Origin: Cyanophora paradoxa CCMP329
Lineage: Eukaryota; Plantae; Glaucophyta
Length of the DNA stretch: 64,000 nucleotides
NCBI GenBank assembly: GCA_004431415.1
Contig: QPMI01000022.1
Span: 442,908 to 506,907, forward strand
Reading direction: 5' to 3'
In this document: positions 1 through 10,819 of the stretch, one piece after another
How positions within the stretch are numbered: the first letter of the stretch is position 1
Layout: every line of letters starts with the position of its first letter
The notes under the pieces: model-generated
The model's input: the letters and a program-made list of their open reading frames with translations, nothing else
Database searches by the model: none
Told to the model about the DNA's origin: nothing
Translations under genes and position numbers: made by a program

Positions 1-608
1 AATTTCTGCGCAGGTTCCGCCATGACGCGCCGGGATCCGGGGGGCACTCCTCTTCGAGCGCGGGGACGGTCACGAGCGCAGCGCAGGCTTCCGCGCCGAC
101 TCTGGCGTCGGGCCGGCCCCGCGGGGCCTAATTATACGGGCCCACGGGGCGCGCGGCGCGCCACATGTGCAGGGGACAGACGCGGGAGGGCAAGCTTTTC
201 ATGTTTTGCACTGTCGTGATTAGAATGCAACGCTTGCAAGTAATGCAAATCCAGTAATCCAGTACGGTCGCACGGGGTGGGGGAGACTGTTTGGGGGCAT
301 GCATGTATGCGTAGTATATTACGTAATGCTTCATGTTTAAAATTACCCCCTGGGCTCGCAAACTTACGCGTAAAATGGCAGCTTTGTGCTTCCCCCGCAT
401 CAGGCGTCAGCAGAGGAAAAAAAGAGGGAGCTCGAGAGCGACTTATTGATTCAGCGGTCTGCCCCACGGGGTTTATAGGTTTAATGCATGCCCGCGGTTT
501 TTTAAATTTATATATATTCAATATTCGCGATGCCTGATCCGGATTCTGATATCGATCGATGTATCATGAACGTTTAACTGTACATGTACATGTCGAATGG
601 CGTATGCA

Positions 609-822
609 GAGGCTGGCCTCGGACGTGCCCTCCCTCGAGCAGCTCGTCCTCCTCTCCCCCCTCGCCCCCGCCGCCGGCGCCGGCGCCGCCCCGCCCCTGG
701 CGGCCCTCCCAAGGCTCCGCCGCCTCGCCTTCGAGGGCGCCGCCGCCGCCGCCCTCGACCCCGCCGCCCGCGCGGCGCTCCGGGCCGCCCTCCCCCGCGT
801 CCAGATATCGGCAGACACCTAA
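609..822 (+). pseudogene. Probable terminal exon or fragment of an LRR/F-box-like gene
   Basis: GC-rich coding-like stretch after a CAG acceptor, reading VPSLEQLVL...LPRLRRLAFEG...LRAALPRVQI*. No upstream exons identified. Confidence 0.3.
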
Positions 823-2560
823 TTAATATTACCCCCGGGCCCGGATCCTAGCTTGCACTTGCCGGAGCCCCGCCTATGACTTCGAGCTTGCAATTGTGCA
901 TATGGAGCTTAAGCTTGCTCATGAATTCGAAGCCGGGGCCGGCCTTGAACCGGGCCCGGGGCCCTGCGGGAGCTGCCGAGCTTAAGCTTGCTCCCCCGCG
1001 TTCAGATATTTGCAGACAATTAAATATAACCCGGATCCGGATCGCCGGAGGAGCGTTAACGATATATATTAGGTAAACTGAAGCTCAAGATTGCTCCGCC
1101 TTGCACGCAATGTACTTTTAAGCTTGAAGTATAAAGGGGAGGGGAGGGGGAAGGGGAGGGGAGGCATAGGGGAGGCCTAGGGGGGCTGGCCGCGGAGGAG
1201 AGGAGGGGAGGCTAGGGGGGGAGGGGGGGGGGCAGGGGGGGAGGGGAGGGGAGGGGAGGGCTGGGAAGGGGGGGGGGGGGGGGGCGTACGAGGAAGCCTA
1301 GAGGAGGCCTAGGGGGGATCGATGGATCGAATATTAATGTGCACGCGTACGTGCACTCGAGCTCTATGCATATGTATATATAATTATAAGAGGAGCGTGC
1401 ACGCACGTGTACATGTAAGAGGAGCACGTATACGTACGTATATGCGCATATACGCGCACGTGAAACAGTTTTCGCAACCATCGCGCGGGTCACCCGGGTG
1501 CGCGCACGCGCGCTGCGCTCGCGCCTTGCATACGCGGGCTTTAGATTTCGCCTTGCGCGGTGTCAAGCCTATAATGAGAATTATGGCGCGCGCTTGTTAT
1601 GCCGGCCGAATATATGGCTAATTGCATCTTCTTGTGCAGGCGGATCGGCCTGAAAGCTTTGAAGGCGATCGCGAGCTCGAGTAGCAATAGGGAGAGATCA
1701 AACGCGCAAACATTCTTAATTCGAAGGTGGCGGTGCGTCCGACGGTCGCTTGCGATGTCGAACGTCGATATGTCGAAATTTAATTACGATAATATGCATG
1801 AACATTAATTACAGTTCGGCGCGCGCATGCATGCGATCGCAATATTACGGCTGCGGCGCTGGCCGCGCACGCAAATTAAAGCGCTTCGCGATCGCCTGCA
1901 GTTTGAATTTAATTATTCTCGTGCAATGCCGCAGTGCGACAAGCCGCGCGGATCCGAATCGGAGCATTACAATTGCACGCATCTGCATCCGGGGCATTGA
2001 GAAGGTCCGGGCCCGGCCCGGGCATGCATTTTTGCGCTTAAGCTTGGAATCGCGGCGTCGACGTCGACGAGAATGTACAGCTCGAAATTCTATTATGTCG
2101 CCCTCAAACATGGCATTGAAGTTTCGAATTACATCCGATCTGGATCCGGGGAGCTCGAAATTAATATTGACCGCGTATAGGTATTTCAAGCTGATCATTG
2201 AGCCGCCGTAGGTCGCGATATCGATCGGGCAGCTGTCTCATCTCTCTTGCGTGAGGTCAAAGATTCGAATGTTGCAGTGAACGATATCGCGCATTAATGT
2301 GCACACTTGCTCACGCCGCTGTACGGCAGCTGTTCACGCGGCAGTCGCGGGGAATTCGAATATAACGTCTTCGAATTCTGAGGACTGTATCATAGTATCG
2401 AGGCCTGTCCGTTTCCAGGCTCTCTTTCTTCCGATCCGCGGCCGTTGCACTCGAATTCTGACGACGATCTTAAGCTGACCAGAGCGAGAAGCAGCAGCAT
2501 CGATCTCTCCGCAATATCAACACTGTGACAGCTATTTAATCATTAGCATCAACAACAGCG

Positions 2561-4696
2561 ATGGAGATCAACAGCAATCGCGAGACCAACGTTTTTAACG
2601 CGGCCGCGGCCGGACTCGCATCGCTTCCAGCCAGCATCCTCCAAGTCATCTTCGCGCACGCTTATCCAGATATCTGCGATGCCTTTTTCGTGTCACGACT
2701 CCAGACCATCTGTCGGAATTTCCGCCAAGCGCTGCCGGACGTCCACTGGGAGCGCCTGGACTTTGCCCGCGCGCTCGGCCCTCTCGACGGCAACGCATTC
2801 GAGGCGCGGGCGGCCGCTCTTCTCTTCTGGATAAAGAACGGCTTGATTTCCCGCGTCTTTCATTTTGACGTGGAGCTGGACTTCGCCCCTATAAGCACAT
2901 ACAGCTCTTTCAGCTCCGTCGAAAGGAACAGCGCTTACTTCCTGGAAGATTTCATGGAGACGTTCTATGTTGCCTGCCAGTCATTCGCGCAGCACGCCGT
3001 GAACACTCTGATCGCCCTCGCCTCTTCGAATTCGCGCGCCGGCGCCGCGCCCACCGTCGTTTCTATCGGCCTCGAGGAGAATCCGGAGCTCGCCACGCAT
3101 GTGTCTTCAATGGGCCTCGAGTCGTTGGCTGCTCCGTTTTTCTCGTCGATTCTGCAAGCTCTGGCCCCCGCGGGCTCGGAAATTGAGCGGATTCTCGTCC
3201 AGGGCGAGATTTCTGCACGGAGCTACGAGTTCAACAGCCCGGAAGGCCGGTTGACCGACGCGAATTTCTGGGCGACGCGTCTCTCGCCGTTCTCGGCTCT
3301 CAAATGGCTCGGCATTGCCTTTAGCACCTTCAGCGCTTTTGACAGCATGGTTGCCGAGTACGCCGACTATTCTGGCCACGGAGGGTTCGGACAAGCCGCT
3401 GCTGCAGGGGGGCGCTCTCGGCGGGCCTTGTTCGACGCTTCCACGGCAGTGCTACGGGGTGCCGGCGCCTGCAGCTTCGCTGCAGGTTTGAAGCAGCTCT
3501 GCGTGGGCGCGATGAGTAAGGACGACGATCCGCACCTGCTGCTCCAGCCTTTCCGCTCCGTCGAAATCTTCAGCACGACGCCCCAGTTTCTCATGGAGCC
3601 GGCCCTGAATGGGGCCCTGCGGGAGCTGCCGAGCTTGCTCCGGCTGGACATCTCTGAGCTGCCCGAGCAGGCCGGCGCCCTCGACATCTTTCCTTCGGAG
3701 CTGTTCGCTTCTCTTGGTGCGCTCGGGCTCGTCGCCCTCTCTGTGCCGATGGCGGTCGGCGTATTCGACGGAATGCTGGATTTCGCGGAGGCGTGCCGTC
3801 TGCCCGCGCGCGGCACTCGTGATCAGAAACCGTCGACGTCGCAAGCCCTCAAAATCCTCAAGATCTCCGGCCAGAGTCTCTCGCCTCGTTTCATTGGCGG
3901 CTGCTTCGAGAAACCGGAGGCAGAGTTTCTTCTGCCGCCCGCGTCCGCCTACTGCCTCGGCGCCGACCAACTGTCGGCGATCTTCTTGAGCTGCGGTCTG
4001 CTCGAAGAGCTCGAAATTCCGGTGCATCCTGCCCATTCTTAAGCTTCATGATCAGATCTAGAGCTTCACAAACTGACCGCGCCCGCGCCGGCGGCAGGTG
4101 GCGTTGCACGCGTGGCCGGCGCTCGACAGCCTCGCGAACCTCCCCCGCCTCCACACCCTCCGCCTCGCCGTCTTTAACACCAAAGAGGTCCGACTTCGCT
4201 GTGCACTTCTTTAATTTTCTGCGAAGGACAGATTGCGATTAATATTTTCGCAGGACGCGACGGGCGGGGCGGAGTTCTTTGGCGCGGCAGCCGACGCCGT
4301 GCAGCGGGCCCCGGCCCTGCGCGAGCTCCGCGTCCGCCTCTTCCCGGGCTGCGGGGCGCCCCTCGGCGGCCCCGCGAAGGCGTCCTTCGTGCGGGCGGCG
4401 GGGCGCGCGCTGGCGGCGTGGGAGTACGGCGAGGACGGCGGGCCGCTGTGCCGCGAGGAGGCGGGGGCGCTGGCGGAGGCGGCCGCAGCGCACGGGCGGC
4501 TGGGCCGCGTCGCCCTCCGCTGCGCCGTCGAAGGGGAGGACGGCCTTCGCGACTTCGCGGCCCTCGACGCCCTCGCCGCCTGCCCCTCCTTCAAGGCGCC
4601 CGCGCGCGCCGCCCGCGCCGCTCAATTTCCAATTTCCCGCCGCTGAGTGCGAGCTCGAGCAGGGGCGGGAGCTGAAGCTGGAGGTGGCGGTGCCGG
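2561..4696 (+). CDS. F-box/LRR-like protein, 5' part, interrupted in its last exon by the PLV
   Basis: N-terminal F-box-like motif LASLPASILQVIF...LQTICRNFR and LxxLxL repeats. Short introns near 4022-4098, 4187-4254 and 4595-4647. Last exon ELEQGRELKLEVAVP runs into the TSD. Confidence 0.7.
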
Positions 4697-5025
4697 AGCT
4701 GAGCTGTGAGCATTACACCCAAAAATTACCCCAATATAATTTGCCCCTTCAAGCAATATCCGCATGATTCCCAGTAACCCAATCCCCAATCTCAGTAAAT
4801 CTCAGTAAGCCTCAGTCACAATCTATTTTATTTAATCGAAGTTATATGCATTACACCCAAAAATTACCCCAATATAATTTGCCCCTTCAAGCAATATCCG
4901 CATGATTCCCAGTAACCCAATCCCCAATCTCAGTAAATCTCAGTAAGCCTCAGTCACAATCTATTTTATTTAATCGAAGTTATATCTAAAATCTAATCAA
5001 TCGAAGTTATATGCATTACACCCAA
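4697..5025 (+). repeat. Left TIR (329 bp) with 2x138-bp internal tandem repeat plus a partial third copy
   Basis: Begins AGCTGAGCTGTGAGCATTACACCC. The unit GCATTACACCC...GAAGTTATAT starts at 4710 and 4848, with a partial copy at 5013. It is the reverse complement of 17438-17766. Confidence 0.95.
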
Positions 5026-5051
5026 ATTTTACCGCATTTTATTTACGACAT

Positions 5052-5234
5052 TCAGTAACAACGAGAGATTCCCGATGATACACCCAATATACCCATATTT
5101 CTCGATTGAATCCATAAAAAACAACAACCACTAAACCATTCACAGTTACACCCGTTACACTTCCACATCTCCGATTGATTCACATTACACCCATCACATT
5201 CGCATAAATTGCATCCAAGTAGCAGGATTAGCAA
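5052..5234 (-). CDS. Small Cys-rich PLV ORF (start uncertain)
   Basis: CNLCECDGC...CNGCNC...CC motifs. Overlaps the end of the upstream ORF. Confidence 0.3.
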   Translation of the reverse strand: MLILLLGCNLCECDGCNVNQSEMWKCNGCNCEWFSGCCFLWIQSRNMGILGVSSGISRCY

Positions 5235-5517
5235 TACTTACGTCTGATTCGGAAGACATACCTTTTTGGTAATTATAACAGAATTCACAAAGTAGTCCCT
5301 GAGACATTGGTTTGAGTTTTTCAGTATCTCCACAAATCATACAACAGTTTCGGGTTCCCATTCGTTCATACATAGCATTTGCTTTTGCCTGTTGTGAATG
5401 TGTTAATTTCAATTCGCCGACGTTTTCATTTACCATAGAAACAACCGGACGTCCACTTTTAGCGCCGACGTATTCAGTCATATTACGATGTCGTTCACTT
5501 GCTTTTCTCTTACCCAT
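5194..5517 (-). CDS. PLV hypothetical zinc-finger protein (107 aa)
   Basis: ATG-initiated ORF with a CMIC...CEFC pair and a basic N-terminus. Confidence 0.55.
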   Translation of the reverse strand: MGKRKASERHRNMTEYVGAKSGRPVVSMVNENVGELKLTHSQQAKANAMYERMGTRNCCMICGDTEKLKPMSQGLLCEFCYNYQKGMSSESDVSIANPATWMQFMRM

Positions 5518-5623
5518 CGTTATTACTACTTCTCAGATTCCTTTTAAACTTTGTCAAATTTTGCCCCGATGCAAAAAATGACGCTTTAAAACTTAAAACT
5601 TTACAACGATACACTTGTAATCA

Positions 5624-5806
5624 ATGGCGACCAAACGAACCGCGGACATTCTGTGTTATAACATGGACTTCTTACCTAATTCAAATAGTGTTTACGCTGA
5701 TTTTTTCGGAGATAATCTAACTGATGAATCTATTTCGATTATATTTGGTGTATACAAGTGTTTGCATCAATTCCAAGGTGTAACATCGTTTATGGTATGT
5801 TACTGA
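5624..5806 (+). CDS. PLV small hypothetical protein (60 aa)
   Basis: ATG-initiated ORF divergent from the 5517 ORF across an AT-rich spacer. Confidence 0.35.
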   Translation: MATKRTADILCYNMDFLPNSNSVYADFFGDNLTDESISIIFGVYKCLHQFQGVTSFMVCY

Positions 5807-5878
5807 TCCTGAAAGTGAGATATGCAAGATCTTTAAGATGTTCACACTCGAACAGGTAGAAGATCTGAGAAGACCAAA

Positions 5879-6646
5879 TTAAACCGTAATAGTCGTAGGT
5901 TCATTACTAATTCTTATTGATTCTCTCTTTTTTATCGCTCGTCTCTTAACAAACTTCTTAAAGCCCTTCATATCATCATCTGTTAATATTGCCCGGTCTG
6001 TGTATACTTTTATATCATACCCTTGCAATCCAGTTATGACTGTTTGGTAGTTATAACCCCACAGTCTATGCAATTCCTTGTAGGTCTTTTTATCAAGACC
6101 ACCATTATACTCATCATAAGCGCAGTTAAACTCCTTCTCATTCCCGAGAATATTGAAAAATACTACGAACTCAACATTTCGACGAATCGTAGTAGAAATT
6201 GAACATAAACGTTGAGTATTAATAATTACTGTAATCGAATAATGACGGGCTGTAGTGATCAATTTAGATAACACAGCCGAATTATGCATATCCAAAGAAG
6301 AACCGATCATATCGTCTAAGATTATAACCAAATTATTACGCTTCTCATTATTCTCAATTCGTTTCTTTTGCATGCTAATGAGTTTCACTACTACATTATC
6401 GTCCCATTCCTCATAGATATTATCAGGATGCGTTATATCTCTGAATTGACCAGTAAACGCAGTAGAACTAAAGACTACAATCTGATCGATCTTATCCCTC
6501 AGTTCATAAAGTAGATATTTGCAGTAAGTTGTCTTACCAGAATTGCTGCGTCCACATAATAAAAAACGCGTGCTTAATTTAACTGTTCTTGCAGGCTCAA
6601 ACTCTGAGATGTCATTCAAATCAATATCCATTCCTGTGTTATCCAT
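5879..6646 (-). CDS. A32-like FtsK/HerA DNA packaging ATPase
   Basis: Walker A GRSNSGKT, Walker B LVIILDD, and ARHYSITVIINTQ (arginine-finger/Q motif). Adjacent to the capsid genes. Confidence 0.92.
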   Translation of the reverse strand: MDNTGMDIDLNDISEFEPARTVKLSTRFLLCGRSNSGKTTYCKYLLYELRDKIDQIVVFSSTAFTGQFRDITHPDNIYEEWDDNVVVKLISMQKKRIENNEKRNNLVIILDDMIGSSLDMHNSAVLSKLITTARHYSITVIINTQRLCSISTTIRRNVEFVVFFNILGNEKEFNCAYDEYNGGLDKKTYKELHRLWGYNYQTVITGLQGYDIKVYTDRAILTDDDMKGFKKFVKRRAIKKRESIRISNEPTTITV

Positions 6647-6725
6647 TACAGTAATAAGATAAAAAACAAAATAAACCCCAACCCTACTAATTTTGCGCTT
6701 CCTACTCTAACGAAAGAAAAGAACT

Positions 6726-7952
6726 TTAAAAGTTCGAGACTTTTAGGGTAGAGATGTTGTAGCCATTGATGACCATAACATTGTGTCGTAAGCAAAAGAT
6801 ATCCACCTGAACAGGCGCCTCGGTAGTGCATCCCGAAACAGTGAGATCCATGTAACTGGAACTGCTGTTGAAGAAATCCTGATAACCCATAACACTGTTC
6901 CGAAGCGAATCTTTTCCAGATTTGGAAAGAACAATTCCATAAACATTTCCATTCTCGAATCCATAAGTAGTATTGCCAACAGTAACACCCTTGTAATGAG
7001 AAGGAATGTGATTGATAGCCGAGAGGAAGCCAGAAATGGGTTTGTTGGAGATATCCAGGGAGCGATTGTTGTGGAAGATCTGGAACTGATCGATCTTAAC
7101 ATCCGAAACATGACCACAGAAATCAGAGTGATTGTAAGTGTTAAGTTTGTTCACCTCTCGAACTGTCATGAGAATCGAATGAACCAGACCAGAAACATTA
7201 GCGAGTGTCACCTCAACCGATTCACCAGCATCAGCGGTTTTGAGCGCTCGTGTCTTCTTGTGGATGACCTCTGTGATCGGAATACGAATGCCACCTTGTT
7301 CATTTGCCATTTTCAAAAGTGTCTCAGCCTCAGCCGAAGCGATGTTTACAAATTGACAGATCAGGGAGCAATCCGCAAATGTAACAGATCCACCAGCAGG
7401 AACTTTGACTATCCCAGCGTCACGGAAATCAATCTCGATTGTTGGCATATCAGCCAGTGTGCATAGTGGGAAGTAAGCATCATCCCAGAAAGCAGCGGGA
7501 ATTTTCACAATGTATTCCATAGCCTCATCTGTGCTTTCACGATCAAGTTCTTTGAAGTAACCAAGAGAAGCATACATGCTGCTCATGGTAGCATGATCAT
7601 TATCAATCAGAGAGTTAATCGTAATCCAGTCTCCATTTAGGATATGTTTAAAACCCCCATGAACAAAGCGGACCTCATTAATAAAGGAAGAACCACCATT
7701 GGGGAGGGTGCAGGCTACACCACCACCAGTAGTAACCTTAAAGTAAATCGAAACACCAGCAAGGAGTTGCTTGCGAGGTAGATCAAAGTAAGCGGTATTC
7801 TTAAAGCCAAAAGTATTGCCTCGGGGACGAACTTGCTCGAGGAATGGTTTGTACTTGGGGTTGGTTCCGATTTGGAGACCAGGGGATAGATAAATTTGAT
7901 CGGAACCGGGAGTTACGAGGAGTTCCTTAAGGGTAGTTCCAGTGAGTGCCAT
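6726..7952 (-). CDS. Major capsid protein (double jelly-roll)
   Basis: 408 aa, beta-rich. Patterns FDLPRKQLLAGVSIYFKV, SFINEVRFVHGG, VKIPAAFW..YFPL..IEIDF resemble DJR MCPs. Lies between the ATPase and the minor capsid gene. Confidence 0.8.
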   Translation of the reverse strand: MALTGTTLKELLVTPGSDQIYLSPGLQIGTNPKYKPFLEQVRPRGNTFGFKNTAYFDLPRKQLLAGVSIYFKVTTGGGVACTLPNGGSSFINEVRFVHGGFKHILNGDWITINSLIDNDHATMSSMYASLGYFKELDRESTDEAMEYIVKIPAAFWDDAYFPLCTLADMPTIEIDFRDAGIVKVPAGGSVTFADCSLICQFVNIASAEAETLLKMANEQGGIRIPITEVIHKKTRALKTADAGESVEVTLANVSGLVHSILMTVREVNKLNTYNHSDFCGHVSDVKIDQFQIFHNNRSLDISNKPISGFLSAINHIPSHYKGVTVGNTTYGFENGNVYGIVLSKSGKDSLRNSVMGYQDFFNSSSSYMDLTVSGCTTEAPVQVDIFCLRHNVMVINGYNISTLKVSNF

Positions 7953-8004
7953 CTCTTATGTTTAAAATACCAAAAGAAATTTTTAAAATGCTTTATTAAA
8001 CAGA

Positions 8005-8904
8005 ATGACGCGTCATTACCTTAATATTGATTCCAGGGACCGAGATGATGGAACCCCAACGAACTTTACTTACAAAATTCCCCATGCAATCCAAAATGTG
8101 AGAGCCTGCAGAGTGACTAACTTTGAGATGTTCAATAACATTTACAATCTTAGCGAGAATGGAAGTTTGATTACAGGAACCTATGATGTTGGAGATGTAA
8201 TTAAAACTAAGAATAACACTATTTCAAAAGGGACATATACTTCGGATAGTTTGGTGAATCTTCTAAATGCCAAACTAGCTTCACAAGTGTATGGTGCAGC
8301 AGGAACTACCTATACTCGCCATTTCTACGTTACATATGATCCTGTTACCATGTTTCTAAGGTTCATGTGCGATGCAACATTTACCCTCACCTTTGGAAGT
8401 CGGATCTTAGCAAACTTCCTTGGGTTTCCAGAGCGTAGACCTGACAGTTCAGAAAATGGTTACGCTTCTGCCCTGCTGGATTCACCTGTAACAGTCGGAA
8501 CTAATACTTATAATTACTACATTGACAGTGTTATACCGCTCGATCTTCTGTTCAACTCTTACATCCTTCTCCACGTTGACCCACTCAAAGGCAACTATGT
8601 AAGCAAGAACACAAGCGATGATAAAGCCCTCGCAAAAATCGAGATTGATCAAACGGTAGGCAGTCTCTTAAAATATGATTCATCGAATAATTCCATGATC
8701 CTGCATGAGCAAAACGGTTTGGTGGAAGTTGAAACGCTAAAAGTTCGTCTCACATACTGGAATGGTGCCGAAACGGATATTACCACTGATTGGTCGATGA
8801 CGCTTGAACTCATTACGGAAGATGATAAAGATCTGACAAAGAAAGCATTGAAGAATGTCATTAAAGAGTTGGAGGGACTCTACTTGCCGTTCTCACGGTC
8901 ATAG
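8005..8904 (+). CDS. Minor capsid (penton) protein
   Basis: N-terminal LNIDSRDR...F..KIP..IQNV...NNIYN, internal LANFLGF and C-terminal LKVRLT..NG...DWSMTLEL, typical of PLV/virophage minor capsid proteins. Confidence 0.8.
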   Translation: MTRHYLNIDSRDRDDGTPTNFTYKIPHAIQNVRACRVTNFEMFNNIYNLSENGSLITGTYDVGDVIKTKNNTISKGTYTSDSLVNLLNAKLASQVYGAAGTTYTRHFYVTYDPVTMFLRFMCDATFTLTFGSRILANFLGFPERRPDSSENGYASALLDSPVTVGTNTYNYYIDSVIPLDLLFNSYILLHVDPLKGNYVSKNTSDDKALAKIEIDQTVGSLLKYDSSNNSMILHEQNGLVEVETLKVRLTYWNGAETDITTDWSMTLELITEDDKDLTKKALKNVIKELEGLYLPFSRS

Positions 8905-8940
8905 GAAATACTGTAGAATAAATTTGTCTCGATATTACAA

Positions 8941-9690
8941 ATGGCAACTCGAAAGACCCAGCCAAAGAATTTCTTAGCCAAACCAGTTGAGCAAGCGGAA
9001 CCAGAACGGAAACAGTTTAAGAAATCAAAAGGAACCGCTGCATATGGAACTGGTGATCTCGATAAAAATGTTCACCAGACCATGAATGCTCACACAATTG
9101 CGCTTACTTCAAACTCAAATGATGATAATGCCCTGGTTGATCAAGTCCCACTGAACCGCATGCCTGGAGCCAAACGAGGAATCAAGAAAGGACAGTTCAA
9201 ATCATCGACAAAGGACAAGGTTGCCTCATCATCAACACTGCTGAAACTGCTTGATGGTGGTGAGCGACTCTACTCAACCTATTCCGAAAAAGACCATCGC
9301 AACCGCTACTTTATTCGTTCAACCACTGGTGGACTGAAATCTGTGACATACCAGTATGCTAAGAGTCTTGTTGATGGTATCGCCGATGAGACACAGAAAG
9401 AGAAGAAGATAACGGAGCAACCGATAACCAAAGAGAAGGTAGACAAGAAACCAAATGTTACGTTTGATGTGCTACCCGATCCTATTAAGGTTACCAAAGA
9501 ATCACCAGCAGAACTGATTGCGAAGACAATTGATTATCAAGACTCCAACAAAACGGATTTGCCGGTCCTGAATAAATCAATCCTTCGGGTTGCCACTTCG
9601 CAGGCTGATCCAGTCAACTCGATTCCAAATGCTGCCCCAATGGTCTCAGGGTTTGCCAAGCTCGGTATTAAACCTGGTTATCGCCGTTAA
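8941..9690 (+). CDS. PLV hypothetical basic protein (possible core/DNA-binding protein)
   Basis: 249-aa Lys-rich ORF directly downstream of the minor capsid gene. Confidence 0.65.
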   Translation: MATRKTQPKNFLAKPVEQAEPERKQFKKSKGTAAYGTGDLDKNVHQTMNAHTIALTSNSNDDNALVDQVPLNRMPGAKRGIKKGQFKSSTKDKVASSSTLLKLLDGGERLYSTYSEKDHRNRYFIRSTTGGLKSVTYQYAKSLVDGIADETQKEKKITEQPITKEKVDKKPNVTFDVLPDPIKVTKESPAELIAKTIDYQDSNKTDLPVLNKSILRVATSQADPVNSIPNAAPMVSGFAKLGIKPGYRR

Positions 9691-10053
9691 GGGACGGCTC
9701 ACGCATCATTTCCGAATTAAAAAAATCTTGAACATTGTTAGCGCTACGTAACCAATCTTATCCCGTAGGCTCAAAACTTCTTCATTTTTATGGAGGCGTT
9801 GTAGAGTGAAGTGAAAAATATCCATAGGTAAATCACTTTAATCACCTGTTCTATCGGGTTCAGTGGTAGAAACTTGCAGCCGACAAGTGAACCTTCTGGG
9901 TATCGGTGGCTTTATCATTTTTCCAGCATCTTCTTTCATACTGGATGCAATGCGATTGGGACCAAAAATTGACAGGAGTTTAATCGCTATATACAAACAG
10001 AAAAACTACTTAAAGATTTCTTAACATATATTAAGAGAGTAGAAAAGGACAAA

Positions 10054-10311
10054 ATGCCAATCAGTGAGGCTCAGAAGCGTGCTATTTACCGTTATCGCAA
10101 AACTGAAAAAGGTCAAGAATATTTAAAAAAGTATAATGCGAAATTAGCAAAGCAAATGCGTGATTTATACCATACTGATGAGTGTTACAGAGCCATGAGA
10201 ATCGTTGAGAGTTCCCAGCGTCTCTATGCTTCCAATGCAGTCTGCTTTGTTAAGTATCTCTATGGCGTCCCCTATTCTAACCGTGGTCGCAAATCGAAAT
10301 ATGTCTGTTAA
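10054..10311 (+). CDS. PLV small basic hypothetical protein
   Basis: 85 aa (SEAQKRAIYRYRK...). Preceded by AAAATTGA (9965-9972) and ACTTAAAG...TATATTAA. Confidence 0.65.
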   Translation: MPISEAQKRAIYRYRKTEKGQEYLKKYNAKLAKQMRDLYHTDECYRAMRIVESSQRLYASNAVCFVKYLYGVPYSNRGRKSKYVC

Positions 10312-10819
10312 TTGTTTTTCTCAGCGCGATCTGCTCTGAGAAACCCGTGGGAACCGCGCTGGAACCACAAATAAAATCATTCTATTATTTTTAGAGTTCG
10401 ATGATCGAGCCAACCCTTTGTTATTTTTATGAATGCCCTCGACTGAATTAATTTTGTTGGAGACTTTTGTTTTTTTGCCGGTAAAAAATTGACAAGATCC
10501 GTGCTCCTGCGGAGCACTAAGTACGGCGAAGCCTCGCGGACGCCCTCGCGGCTGTCACAGTAGGCCTATAGGCTATAGGGCACTGGCCACTGGCCAGCGG
10601 CCTGGCCGATCGCGAACAGCTTTCTGGCTAGAAGCTGGCTGGCTGACACAGTCCACTGGCCAGCTAGAGCTGGTCGGCTAGAGGAATATTAATGCCATGT
10701 ACTGAGCGAGGAAATAATTAAAGGGTGGAGCAGATCGATCTAGATTAATTGAGAGGAGATTAATTATATAATATTGTTGGGAAGGAGGCCCGGGAGGGGC
10801 GAGGTTCTCGCGGCCAGGC

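Noticed and set aside
1135-1320. G-rich tract as telomere or functional G-quadruplex
   Set aside because: No regular repeat unit, and similar G/C runs occur in many introns here.
9700-9940. Two tiny minus-strand ORFs (33-39 aa) in the PLV
   Set aside because: Too short and motif-free to support without comparative data.
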